Origin: Candidatus Choladousia sp. | Lineage (GTDB): Bacteria; Bacillota; Clostridia; Lachnospirales; Lachnospiraceae | Direction: 5' to 3' | DNA length: 64,000 bases | NCBI GenBank assembly: GCA_045119335.1 | Contig: JBGVDJ010000022.1 | Span: forward strand, 30,547 to 94,546 | The notes under the pieces: model-generated | The model's database searches: none | Told to the model about the DNA's origin: nothing | What the model saw: the letters and a program-made list of their open reading frames with translations, nothing else | Translations under genes and position numbers: made by a program | Shown: piece by piece, positions 25,882 through 35,040 of the stretch | How the letters are laid out: each line of letters begins with the position of its first letter | Position numbering within the stretch: position 1 is the first letter of the stretch

Positions 25882-27312
25882 ATGAGTGGTAGTTTGAGAT
25901 TCTGGTCAGGACAAAGGATAGAACGGCTGAAAAAGATTGCGCGGAAGATCGAACAGCATATGACAGCATCCCAGATCATGGTCACCGGGTTTGCCGCTGC
26001 AATTCTGTTCGGTGGATTTCTGCTGGCACTTCCAGCATGCAATGCAGATGGAAAATGGCTGAATTTTATTGATGCACTGTTTACCTCGTGTACGGCAGTC
26101 TGTGTGACCGGTCTGGTGACGATCGTTCCGGCAGTACAGTTTACTCTGTTGGGGAAGATAATCCTTTTGCTGCTGATCCAGATCGGAGGCCTCGGGATTA
26201 TCGCGTGTACGATGGGTACGTTCCTGATCCTGCACAGGCAGATTACGATCCGCAGTCGGGTAATGATTCAGGACAGCTACAATCTGAACTCGCTGAGCGG
26301 ACTTGTGGCACTGATGATCTATGTGCTCAAAGGCACTTTTATTGTGGAAGGTGCAGGCGCGGTTCTTTATGCGTTTCAATTTGTTCCGGAGTTCGGATTC
26401 CTGCGGGGAATCTGGTATTCGGTCTTTCATTCCGTATCGGCATTCTGCAATGCCGGAATTGATATACTGGGGGAGAACAGTCTGGAAGTATACCAGACGA
26501 ATCCGTTCATAAACCTGATCACTGTAATGCTGATCATTGTCAGTGGTCTTGGCTTTACGGTATGGCGGGATCTGACACTTGCTGCCAGGCGGATCATAAA
26601 AAAAGAATTTACAGTACGGCGTGCGCTGGAAAAGCTGAAACTGCATACAAAACTTGCGGTGACTGTGAGCGCAGTGCTGGTTATCGGCGGTACGGCGGCT
26701 GTTTATGCACTGGAGTTTTCCAATGATGCCACACTTGGAACGCTTTCGGCCGGTGAAAAATGGATGGCAGCGTTGTTTCAGTCTGTAACCACGCGGACGG
26801 CCGGTTTTTTCACTGTTCCGCAGAACCTGTTTCGGGAAGAGACGAAGCTGCTTTCCTGTGTGCTGATGTTCATCGGAGGTTCTCCGGGCGGAACAGCGGG
26901 AGGGGTCAAGACAACAACGATTGCGATCCTTCTGCTGACCTGCTGGTCGGTGCTGAAAGGAAGCGAGGATACAGAATGTTTCCGGAGAAAAATTCTGGCT
27001 ACGAATATCAGAGCCGGTTTTTCTGTATTTACGGTGGCATTTCTTGCGATTATCGTCGGTACCACAGCGATTGTCGCAGTGGAGGATGCCGGACTGATCG
27101 ATGCACTGTATGAGGTGACTTCGGCAGTCGGTACGGTCGGACTGACAACGGGTCTGACCCAGACGCTTGGCAATGCCGGAAAACTGATTATTATTGTATT
27201 GATGTACATGGGGCGTATCGGGCCGGCGACGCTGGCACTGCTGTTCGCAGGAAAGATCGGCAGGTGCAAAAATGCGCGTAAGCTGCCGGAGGAACGTGTG
27301 ATGGTAGGCTAG
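25882..27312 (+). CDS. ktrB: Trk/Ktr potassium uptake membrane subunit
   Basis: TAVCVTGL, SAFCNAG, TRTAGF, SAVGTVGLT pore-loop motifs. Confidence 0.9.
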   Translation: MSGSLRFWSGQRIERLKKIARKIEQHMTASQIMVTGFAAAILFGGFLLALPACNADGKWLNFIDALFTSCTAVCVTGLVTIVPAVQFTLLGKIILLLLIQIGGLGIIACTMGTFLILHRQITIRSRVMIQDSYNLNSLSGLVALMIYVLKGTFIVEGAGAVLYAFQFVPEFGFLRGIWYSVFHSVSAFCNAGIDILGENSLEVYQTNPFINLITVMLIIVSGLGFTVWRDLTLAARRIIKKEFTVRRALEKLKLHTKLAVTVSAVLVIGGTAAVYALEFSNDATLGTLSAGEKWMAALFQSVTTRTAGFFTVPQNLFREETKLLSCVLMFIGGSPGGTAGGVKTTTIAILLLTCWSVLKGSEDTECFRRKILATNIRAGFSVFTVAFLAIIVGTTAIVAVEDAGLIDALYEVTSAVGTVGLTTGLTQTLGNAGKLIIIVLMYMGRIGPATLALLFAGKIGRCKNARKLPEERVMVG

Positions 27313-27433
27313 GCTGAGCGGTTTCGGAAAGAGTGCTCCCCGGACGCAGCTGACAGAGCATCAGAGGAGAAGCGTGCAAAGAGGAATGAAAAGGTGGTAA
27401 TTCCTGAAAACAGCGAAAGGCGATGGGACTGAT

Positions 27434-28081
27434 ATGAAAAAACAGTACGTGGTATTTGGAGGCGGAAAGTTCGGAAGAAGTATTGCAGTAACACTGCAGG
27501 AGCTGGGCTGCGAGATCATACTGGTGGATAAGGATCCTGAGGTGATTCAGGATGTGGCGGATGATGTCAGCTATGCAATCTGCGCAGATGTCGAGGATAC
27601 AGAAGTTTTTAATGAGCTGGGAATGCGCAATCTGGACGGTGCGATTGTGGCGATTACGGAAAGCCTGGAAGCAAGTATCGTAACTGCAATGATGTGTCAT
27701 GAGATGGGGATTCCAAGAATTCTTGCCAAAGCCAAAAATCAGATGCATGAGAAGATCTTAAGGAGTGTCGGAGCACACAAGGTCATCTATCCGGAAGTGG
27801 AAATGGGCCGCCGTATAGCAAAATATCTTGTGGCAGACAACTTTACGGACTGGATCGAGCTGTCGCCGAAATTCAGCCTGGTGGAGATGGATCTTCCGTC
27901 TGCATGGCGTGGTAAAACGCTGGTAGAACTGAAGGTACGTGAAAAATACCGCCTGAATGTAGTCGGAATAAAGAATGGAGATACGGTCAATGTGACACCT
28001 GATCCGAATGAACCGCTGAAGTCAGGTGTGGTGCTGATCGTGGTCGGGGAGAACCGGGATCTGGAATCGTTTCAGGACTGA
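27434..28081 (+). CDS. ktrA: Trk/Ktr potassium uptake RCK subunit
   Basis: VFGGGKFG nucleotide-binding motif, VIYPEVEMG, C-terminal TrkA_C. Confidence 0.9.
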   Translation: MKKQYVVFGGGKFGRSIAVTLQELGCEIILVDKDPEVIQDVADDVSYAICADVEDTEVFNELGMRNLDGAIVAITESLEASIVTAMMCHEMGIPRILAKAKNQMHEKILRSVGAHKVIYPEVEMGRRIAKYLVADNFTDWIELSPKFSLVEMDLPSAWRGKTLVELKVREKYRLNVVGIKNGDTVNVTPDPNEPLKSGVVLIVVGENRDLESFQD

Positions 28082-28123
28082 TAATACAGAAGAAAACTGT
28101 GTGGGGGAAGGAGCGGATGAAGG

Positions 28124-29200
28124 ATGAAATTCAATCTTACCCGGTATTTGCGGGAATATGGCGGTAAGAGTTTTCATGAAGCGCCTTTTTCAGAGGTGGA
28201 CGCACTGGTGATGGCACAGCTTTCCTATTTGAAAATGAAAGGAATCGTACCGGACTTTGGAAGCAGTCCGGGAGTCGGCTGGGAAGAAATGCGGCAGCAT
28301 CCGGATTCGGAGCATATGTTTGCGGATCCTATTTATGGCAGGCAGCACAGGTGCATCTTTGAACTGGTGCGAAAGAGCAGGAGATACCGTCATGTAAAGG
28401 CGAATTATTATACAGAATGGTTTGATGAAAAGAAAGAGGCACAGTTTGCAGCTGTGACTTTTTTTCTTGGTGCAACCAGTATTTATGTTTCCTTCCGGGG
28501 AACGGACGAGACGATCATCGGCTGGAAGGAAGATTTTAATATGGGTTTTATGAAATCGATTCCTTCTCAGAAAAAGGCGCTGGCTTATCTGAAGGGAGTA
28601 GCCAGATATACCGAACAGGGCCGTCTGATTCTTGGAGGGCATTCCAAGGGAGGCAATCTGGCAATCTATGCGGCGGCATGTGCGCCGCCGCATATTCAGC
28701 GGAGAATACGTCGTGTTTACAGTTTTGACGGACCGGGATTCCGAAAACAGTTCTACGAACAGGCCGGATTCATGCGGATTGAAGACAGATACAGCAAGAT
28801 CATGCCGGAGCAGTCGCTGATCGGAATGCTGCTGAAGAATTACCGGAACTATCGTGTTGTGCAGAGCTATCGTGCGGGAGTGATGCAGCATGATCTGCTG
28901 CAGTGGAAAATCCGTAACGGAAAGTTTATATATCGGAAACAGCTGTATGGAAGAAGCGGCCGAAAAAGCAGGATTCTGAATGACTGGATGGATTCCCTGA
29001 ATCAGAAGCAGATCAGCTTTTTTGTGGAAACACTGTACGAACTGCTCCGGGACGCAAAAGTGCAGAGTGTCTATGAGATCGTGAAGAAGCCGTTTCAGCT
29101 TCTGGGGGCAGTGTGCCGCAGCTTCAGGATGCTGGACAGGGAGCATCGCCGGGCATTCTGGCAGATCGTCAGAAAATTGTTTGAGGCTGCGTTTTCATAA
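28124..29200 (+). CDS. DUF2974 (alpha/beta hydrolase, lipase-like) protein
   Basis: FSEVDALVMAQLSY, FRGTDETIIGWKEDFNM, GGHSKGGNLA, FDGPGF, QHDLLQW. Confidence 0.87.
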   Translation: MKFNLTRYLREYGGKSFHEAPFSEVDALVMAQLSYLKMKGIVPDFGSSPGVGWEEMRQHPDSEHMFADPIYGRQHRCIFELVRKSRRYRHVKANYYTEWFDEKKEAQFAAVTFFLGATSIYVSFRGTDETIIGWKEDFNMGFMKSIPSQKKALAYLKGVARYTEQGRLILGGHSKGGNLAIYAAACAPPHIQRRIRRVYSFDGPGFRKQFYEQAGFMRIEDRYSKIMPEQSLIGMLLKNYRNYRVVQSYRAGVMQHDLLQWKIRNGKFIYRKQLYGRSGRKSRILNDWMDSLNQKQISFFVETLYELLRDAKVQSVYEIVKKPFQLLGAVCRSFRMLDREHRRAFWQIVRKLFEAAFS

Positions 29201-29237
29201 AACATTCAGAAACTTAATTTTTCCACAAGAAATAAAT

Positions 29238-29285
29238 CACAAAATCACCATTCCTTTCTCACAAAGTTGCCACAGGAAAGACACA
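29238..29285 (+). promoter_or_regulatory. Phased CACA direct repeats (OmpR/PhoB-type response regulator site candidate)
   Basis: CACA at 29238, 29260, 29271, 29282 (11-bp or 22-bp spacing) upstream of the secreted acidic protein. Confidence 0.5.
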
Positions 29286-29352
29286 TTTTCCATTTATAGT
29301 TGTCTGCGTCGACAAAAATAATACCTGTAAGGAGAAAGGACTTGATTTTGAA

Positions 29353-30411
29353 ATGAAACAGAAGTATGTGGCGATGGTATTAGGAATGGCGGTAACGCTC
29401 GCTTCCATGGGGGTCTGTGCGGCAGAGGCCGAATCGACAGAAGTTCAGACTGAACCGGCGGAAGTGGTCGTGGAAGGGGCCACTGAGGGAGCAGAGAGTG
29501 GTGAGATATTCTGGGGAGAAGTGACAGCGATCGATGAAGACAGCATCACCGTTACAGTTGGGAAACTGGCGGAGCTGTCAACAGATGCTGAAGAAGATGC
29601 AGAAATTGTTTTGGAGGATGCGGCAGACGATACAGAGAATGCATCGGAGAATGCAGCAGATGGTGAAGAAATTTCATCAGAGGATGCAGCAGATGGTACA
29701 GAAATCGTATCGGAGGATGCAGCAGATGGTACAGAAATCGCATCGGAGGATGCAACAGATGGTACAGAAATCGCATCGGAGGATGCAGCAGATGGTACAG
29801 AGAATGCTTCAGAGGATGCAGCAGAAGCGACTGATACATCTTCAGACGGCATTTCTGTAATGCTGATACCAGGAGATGAGACGCAAACGATTGCAATTAC
29901 GGATGAGACGCAGGTATATTTCGTGTATGGGAACACGGAACTTGCAAATGTTGAAGATGCGGCGGCAGAATTTACCGGCGGTGACGCGGAAGTGACAGAA
30001 GTGACTGCGGAAGCGGCAGAAGAAGCGGATGCAGATGTGAGTATGGAAGAAGATGCGGCTGTAAGTGAAAGCACAGAGGAGAATGCAGCAGAGGATACAG
30101 CAGAGAATACAGCAGAGAATGCAGAACTGACAGAAAATATTGATGAGGGAGATTCTGACATGGAGGAAACCATGGTAGATGCAGCAGATGTGGATGGCAT
30201 TCTGGAAGGCGACCTGGTAGGTATCATTCTGGACCAGGAGGGAAATGCATCCACGATTCTGGTGGTGCTCCCGGAATCTGAGGTTGTGATAGAGGAAGCA
30301 TCGGATGAAGTGACAGAAGACGCAGCAGAAGAAGCAGTGGCGGAAGAAGATGCGGCAGAAGCATCCGGGGAAGATGCAGTAGAGATTATCTCGGATGATG
30401 CCGCAGAATAA
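29353..30411 (+). CDS. Secreted highly acidic low-complexity protein with 11-aa repeats
   Basis: Signal peptide MKQKYVAMVLGMAVTLASMGVCA; EDAADGTEIAS repeats; very rich in E/D/A, almost no basic residues. Confidence 0.8.
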   Translation: MKQKYVAMVLGMAVTLASMGVCAAEAESTEVQTEPAEVVVEGATEGAESGEIFWGEVTAIDEDSITVTVGKLAELSTDAEEDAEIVLEDAADDTENASENAADGEEISSEDAADGTEIVSEDAADGTEIASEDATDGTEIASEDAADGTENASEDAAEATDTSSDGISVMLIPGDETQTIAITDETQVYFVYGNTELANVEDAAAEFTGGDAEVTEVTAEAAEEADADVSMEEDAAVSESTEENAAEDTAENTAENAELTENIDEGDSDMEETMVDAADVDGILEGDLVGIILDQEGNASTILVVLPESEVVIEEASDEVTEDAAEEAVAEEDAAEASGEDAVEIISDDAAE

Positions 30412-30555
30412 GCTTCTGCTTAGCAAAATAATAAGTTTCGGATTTAGCGAAATAATGGGATTTTGACTGAATGAAACAGCACAGAAAAAATAAGAAACAG
30501 CAGGCAGGAAACTGAAAACATTGTTAACTTAATTTTACTCTCCATAATCATAGCG

Positions 30556-30587
30556 GCGGCATTGCGGGACAGGCAATGCCGCTTTTT
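30556..30587 (+). terminator. Intrinsic terminator
   Basis: GCGGCATTGC-GGGACAG-GCAATGCCGC-TTTTT. Confidence 0.8.
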
Positions 30588-30674
30588 CGTCATAAAATTA
30601 ATACCAGGCTGAAAAGAGAGACTGTATGTTATTGCAGCGTGCCTGAGCTGAATCTGTTTGCTTTGGATAAAGGA

Positions 30675-30830
30675 TTGACAGTCCGGAAACTCATTGTTAA
30701 AATGAAATTAATTATTCGGTGGAATAGTTTCATTTGAATGCTCATAGTGTGAAAATCTGGAAAAGTTAAAAATAGAAAATCAGGAATTGCACTGCGAAAG
30801 CTGTCCTTTCAAAACGGAAGGATAGCTTTT
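30675..30830 (+). promoter_or_regulatory. Sigma-A promoter and leader containing an intrinsic terminator (attenuator or sRNA candidate)
   Basis: TTGACA (30675)-17 nt-TAAAAT (30698); AAAGCTGTCCTTTC/GGAAGGATAGCTTT-T hairpin 30797-30830 lies before the RBS of the next gene. Confidence 0.6.
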
Positions 30831-30873
30831 ATGTAACTGTAAGGCAACAGGAAATTTCAGGAGGGGTGAAAAA

Positions 30874-31623
30874 ATGGTATTATATTTTTCAGGAACAGGA
30901 AACAGTGCCTATGTGGCAGAAATGATTGCACTGCAGACAGGAGATACACTTGTTTCAATCAACGATCGTATTCGCGAGCATGATCACAGGAAGATCGCAT
31001 CAGACCGTCCGCTTGTCTTTGTCACACCGACCTATGCATGGCGGATCCCGCGTCTTGTGGATGAATGGATCCGGAAAATGGCATTTGAGGGCAATCCGAA
31101 AGCGTATTTCGTAATGACGTGCGGCGGTAGTATCGGCAATGCAGAGAAGTATCTGAAGGAACTGTGTGAGGCAAAGAAATTTGAGTATATGGGCTGCCGG
31201 CAGATCATAATGCCGGAGAACTATATTGCGATGTTCCCTGTGCCGGAGGAAAAAGAGGCGCGTGCTGTCATTAAGAAAGCAAAGCCGGTGATCCGCAGGA
31301 CTGCAGATGCCATCCGCACAGAGGCGTATCTGTTCGGAAACAAGCCTTCTTCTGTGGACAAAATGCTCAGCAGTGTTGTGCACGGAGCATTTACAGTATG
31401 TGCAGTGAGCGACAGAAAATTTTATGCGACGGATATGTGCATTGGCTGCGGCAGATGTGAGGAGGTCTGTCCGCTCCACAACATTACGGTCGAAAATTAC
31501 AGACCGGTATGGAACGGCAAATGTACGCATTGTATGGCATGCATCTGCAGCTGTCCGGCAGAGGCAATTGAATACGGAAATGCCAGCAAGGGCAAGCCGC
31601 GTTATCGCTGTCCGGAGTATTGA
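30874..31623 (+). CDS. EFR1-family flavodoxin-ferredoxin fusion
   Basis: YFSGTGNS flavodoxin motif, FVTPTYAW, CIGCGRCEEVCP and CTHCMACICSCP. Confidence 0.9.
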   Translation: MVLYFSGTGNSAYVAEMIALQTGDTLVSINDRIREHDHRKIASDRPLVFVTPTYAWRIPRLVDEWIRKMAFEGNPKAYFVMTCGGSIGNAEKYLKELCEAKKFEYMGCRQIIMPENYIAMFPVPEEKEARAVIKKAKPVIRRTADAIRTEAYLFGNKPSSVDKMLSSVVHGAFTVCAVSDRKFYATDMCIGCGRCEEVCPLHNITVENYRPVWNGKCTHCMACICSCPAEAIEYGNASKGKPRYRCPEY

Positions 31624-31742
31624 TTTCGAAGCTGATTTTAAAAATGACAGAACCGACAGAGTCTGTGAATGTAGAACAGAATGACAGAGTATGTCTTGTC
31701 TGGCATAGAACAGGATTCTTGAACAGAAAGCAGGGAGAAATA

Positions 31743-31991
31743 ATGCGTTTGAAGACAGTAAGGGCGGCACTGGAACAGAAGAAGATCACGTATGACTATA
31801 CGGAGGAGGACGGCTGCGGCAGCCTGGATTTCCTGTTTCGCGGACTGAAGTTTCATGTGTGGGAGTTCCGCGAGGATATCTGGGGTGCTGAGACGAACAT
31901 CTTTCATGCAGGCAGAAGCCAGGATATTGAAGGGGATTATGAGGCAATTATTGCAAAAGAGATATTGTCATGGCCGGATATGATTGCGTGA
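31743..31991 (+). CDS. Small hypothetical protein (82 aa)
   Basis: MRLKTVRAALEQKKITYDYTEEDGCGSLDF...; AGGGAG RBS, host-like codon usage. Confidence 0.7.
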   Translation: MRLKTVRAALEQKKITYDYTEEDGCGSLDFLFRGLKFHVWEFREDIWGAETNIFHAGRSQDIEGDYEAIIAKEILSWPDMIA

Positions 31992-32230
31992 TTTTGATAA
32001 AAGCGACATAATCAAAAGAGCGGCATGAAAGTAAAATTTGCATACATAGAATTAGGAGAGAGTGGCCGGCGGGAGTATAAGTATTATTAAGCAGCCGACA
32101 GGAAGAGAGAAAATATGAAACAGAACAGGATCACTGCCTGCAACACGGCGGTGATCCTGTTTTCAATTACCCTGATCTATTCGTAGCAGAGATACAGTCC
32201 GGATAGAATCCCGATTGATCTCTGAGTCGG

Positions 32231-33685
32231 TTACCGATGCATATGATAGCTGCAGGCAGCCTCGCATTTGCTGACCGTATCTGTGACCTTGCGGTCATCC
32301 ATTTTCTCCTGCAGAGCATCGCGAACCTTTTTGCTGTCGGCCTCGGAGACGATACTTCCCGGACCGTTGACACAGCCGCCTTCGCAGCACATACCCTCGA
32401 TGAAGTTCTCTGGCAGTCGGCCGCTCTTTAAGAGCATCAGAGCCTTCTTGCATTCCCTGGCACCGTTGGAACGGCAGACGGAAACATCTTCATCAATGCC
32501 CTTTTCTTTCAGAGTCTGAAGAACAGCCTCTGTTACTCCGCCGGCATGGGCGAAACGGCGTCCGTAAATACTTCCCTGTTGGAGATGACTGCCGGATGCA
32601 GTTACAGTGATGCCCTTTGCATCGAGCATAGCCTGCAGTTCTTTCAGCGTAAGCACATAGTCAGCGCTTCCTTCTATATTTTCGTCGAGCATTTCACTCT
32701 TCTTTGCCACACACGGTCCGATGAATACGGTAATTGCGTTCGGCACCATTGCTTTTATGTAACGGGATGTTGCAGCCATCGGAGATACGGTCGTTGAGAT
32801 CGAATCTGCAAGCTGCGGAAAATGTCTCCTGATCATGGAAACGAAAGCCGGGCAGCAGGAGGTGGTCTTTTTCTCACCGTTCCGGAGTGCCTCGTACCAT
32901 TCTTCTGCTTCGCTCTCTGCGGTCAGATCGGCACCGAGTGCCACTTCGTACATATCGGTAAATCCGAGTTCCTTCAAAGCTTCCCGCAGATCTCCCATGG
33001 TGACGTTCTTGCCGAACTGGCCTTCACCTGCCGGGGCTACCATGGCATAGACCGGAATGTCCTTCTTGATCGCCTTGATGACCGGTACAATAAAGGAGAT
33101 ATCGGATAATGCGCCGAATGGGCAGTTCTTGATACATGCGCCGCAGTGGATGCACTTCTCGTCATCAATTGTAACGATACCGTTCTCGTCGGTACTGATT
33201 GCATTGACCGGGCAGCTCTTTTTGCAGGGGCGCTGGTGGTCACTGATGGCATTGTACGGACAGGACTGGGCACATTTCCCGCATTCCCGGCATTTATCCG
33301 GATCAATGTATGCTTTATCACGGCCGATGGAGATTGCACCGAATTTGCATGCATTCATGCATTTTTTGCCGAGACATTTCTGGCAGTTGTCGGTAACGAC
33401 AAAGCGCTGGATCGGACACTCTGCGCAGGCACTGTCAAGTACCTGAACGATATTGTGGTTCTTCAGTCCGGCAGCTGGATATTTGCCCTCTGCCAGACGG
33501 ACTCTCTGGCGCAGAATCTCACGCTCGCGGTATACGCAGCAGCGGAAGAGCGGCTTCTGACCCGGCAGCATATTGAACGGAATGGCATCGCGGTTCTCTT
33601 CCAGAGTACCTTCAAAAGTATATTTGGCGACCTGGCGGAGAACCTCCTGTTTCAGGTCATTAATGTCAGATGTGGTTGTAATCAT
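32231..33685 (-). CDS. Monomeric [FeFe]-hydrogenase (group B-like) with ferredoxin domains
   Basis: H-cluster motifs VAPA, TTSCCPAF, GPCVAKKSE, EGMCCEGGCVNGPG; several CxxCxxCxxxCP motifs. Confidence 0.9.
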   Translation of the reverse strand: MITTTSDINDLKQEVLRQVAKYTFEGTLEENRDAIPFNMLPGQKPLFRCCVYREREILRQRVRLAEGKYPAAGLKNHNIVQVLDSACAECPIQRFVVTDNCQKCLGKKCMNACKFGAISIGRDKAYIDPDKCRECGKCAQSCPYNAISDHQRPCKKSCPVNAISTDENGIVTIDDEKCIHCGACIKNCPFGALSDISFIVPVIKAIKKDIPVYAMVAPAGEGQFGKNVTMGDLREALKELGFTDMYEVALGADLTAESEAEEWYEALRNGEKKTTSCCPAFVSMIRRHFPQLADSISTTVSPMAATSRYIKAMVPNAITVFIGPCVAKKSEMLDENIEGSADYVLTLKELQAMLDAKGITVTASGSHLQQGSIYGRRFAHAGGVTEAVLQTLKEKGIDEDVSVCRSNGARECKKALMLLKSGRLPENFIEGMCCEGGCVNGPGSIVSEADSKKVRDALQEKMDDRKVTDTVSKCEAACSYHMHR

Positions 33686-33908
33686 AATTCCCTCCCAAAA
33701 ACATACTATATTAAGTATATTTTATGAAAACCGGGATGTCAATTGAAGATGATGGAAAAGCCGGAAATCATTTTTGAAAAAGATGTCGTGTGTCAAGAGT
33801 GGAAAATTTCATAAGGATATGGTAGAATAAATAAAAATGTCCGTACGGAAACCGCGCGTTGGGGACGCGGCAATGCGTCGGACTTTTTGAGTAATTGGGA
33901 GGGTTTGG

Positions 33909-34922
33909 ATGGATCAGATAAAAATGAGAAAGGCGGTCATGCAGGCAGTGAAGATCGGTATCGGAAGCAGCGCAGCGATCTTTATTGCGGAGTTGCTGCA
34001 TCTGGAGAACGCGGCATCAGCTGGTACGATTGCATTGCTGACGATTGTGGCAACGAAGTGGGAGACGATGAAGCTCTCATTTCTGAGAATCATCACATTT
34101 TTTATTTCAGTTGCATTATCCTGGCTGACCATTACGATGTTCAGCAGCGACTGGATCGCATATGGTATCTATATTCTGATCGTTGTTCTCGGGTGTGAGC
34201 TGCTGGGATGGAAAGCGACAATTTCAGTAAATTCCGTTATCGGAGTGCATTTTCTGAAATCTCAGGATTTCAGCCGGGAATTTATCATGAATGAATTCGG
34301 ACTGATTCTGATCGGTATCGTGATAGCGATCGTGCTCAATCTGTTCCATCACAATAAGGCATCGCAGAAGAGTATCATTGACAATATGCGCTATACGGAA
34401 AATCAGCTTCAGATGCTGCTTCGAGAGCTGGCGGTTTATCTGTCTGACAAGCGTAAGAAAAGAGAAGTCTGGGATGATATCAAGAATCTGGAGCAGAAGC
34501 TTCATGTATTTATAGCCGATGCGTATCAGTATCAGGGAAATACTTTTGTTTCACATCCGGGATATTACATAGATTATTTTGAAATGCGTATGAAGCAGTG
34601 TACGATTCTGCACAACCTGCATTATGAGATGAAGAAGATCAGAGCGATCCCATCTCAGGCGGCGATCATTGCAGAGTATGTATTATATCTGGCAGATTAT
34701 GTGGTGGAGCAGAACGCGCCGGATGAGCAGATTCAGAAACTGGATGAAATATTTCAGGCTATGCAGAAGGAGCCGCTGCCGGTTACGCGGGAGGAGTTTG
34801 AGAGCCGGGCGATCCTGTATCACATTCTGATGGATATAGAGGATTTCCTGTATATCAAGAAACGGTTTGTACAGGAACTGGATGAAGAACAGCGGAAACG
34901 TTACTGGAAGCAGGAAGTATAG
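33909..34922 (+). CDS. Aromatic acid exporter (ArAE/FUSC-like) family membrane protein
   Basis: AVKIGIGSSAAIFIA, SAGTIALLTI, YIDYFEMRMKQC, FESRAILYHIL. Confidence 0.82.
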   Translation: MDQIKMRKAVMQAVKIGIGSSAAIFIAELLHLENAASAGTIALLTIVATKWETMKLSFLRIITFFISVALSWLTITMFSSDWIAYGIYILIVVLGCELLGWKATISVNSVIGVHFLKSQDFSREFIMNEFGLILIGIVIAIVLNLFHHNKASQKSIIDNMRYTENQLQMLLRELAVYLSDKRKKREVWDDIKNLEQKLHVFIADAYQYQGNTFVSHPGYYIDYFEMRMKQCTILHNLHYEMKKIRAIPSQAAIIAEYVLYLADYVVEQNAPDEQIQKLDEIFQAMQKEPLPVTREEFESRAILYHILMDIEDFLYIKKRFVQELDEEQRKRYWKQEV

Positions 34923-34945
34923 AAAACAGTAAAAATTGAAATAAG

Positions 34946-34987
34946 AAAATCTCTCCGGCTGCAGGTACGCAGTGCGGAGAGATTTTT
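34946..34987. terminator. Bidirectional terminator between converging genes
   Basis: AAAATCTCTCC...GGAGAGATTTT with A-run and T-run flanks. Confidence 0.75.
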
Positions 34988-35040
34988 GCATCAAAGGAAA
35001 TCTGTTCTGTAAAACTCGGTTTTCCGGATCTTATACTGTT

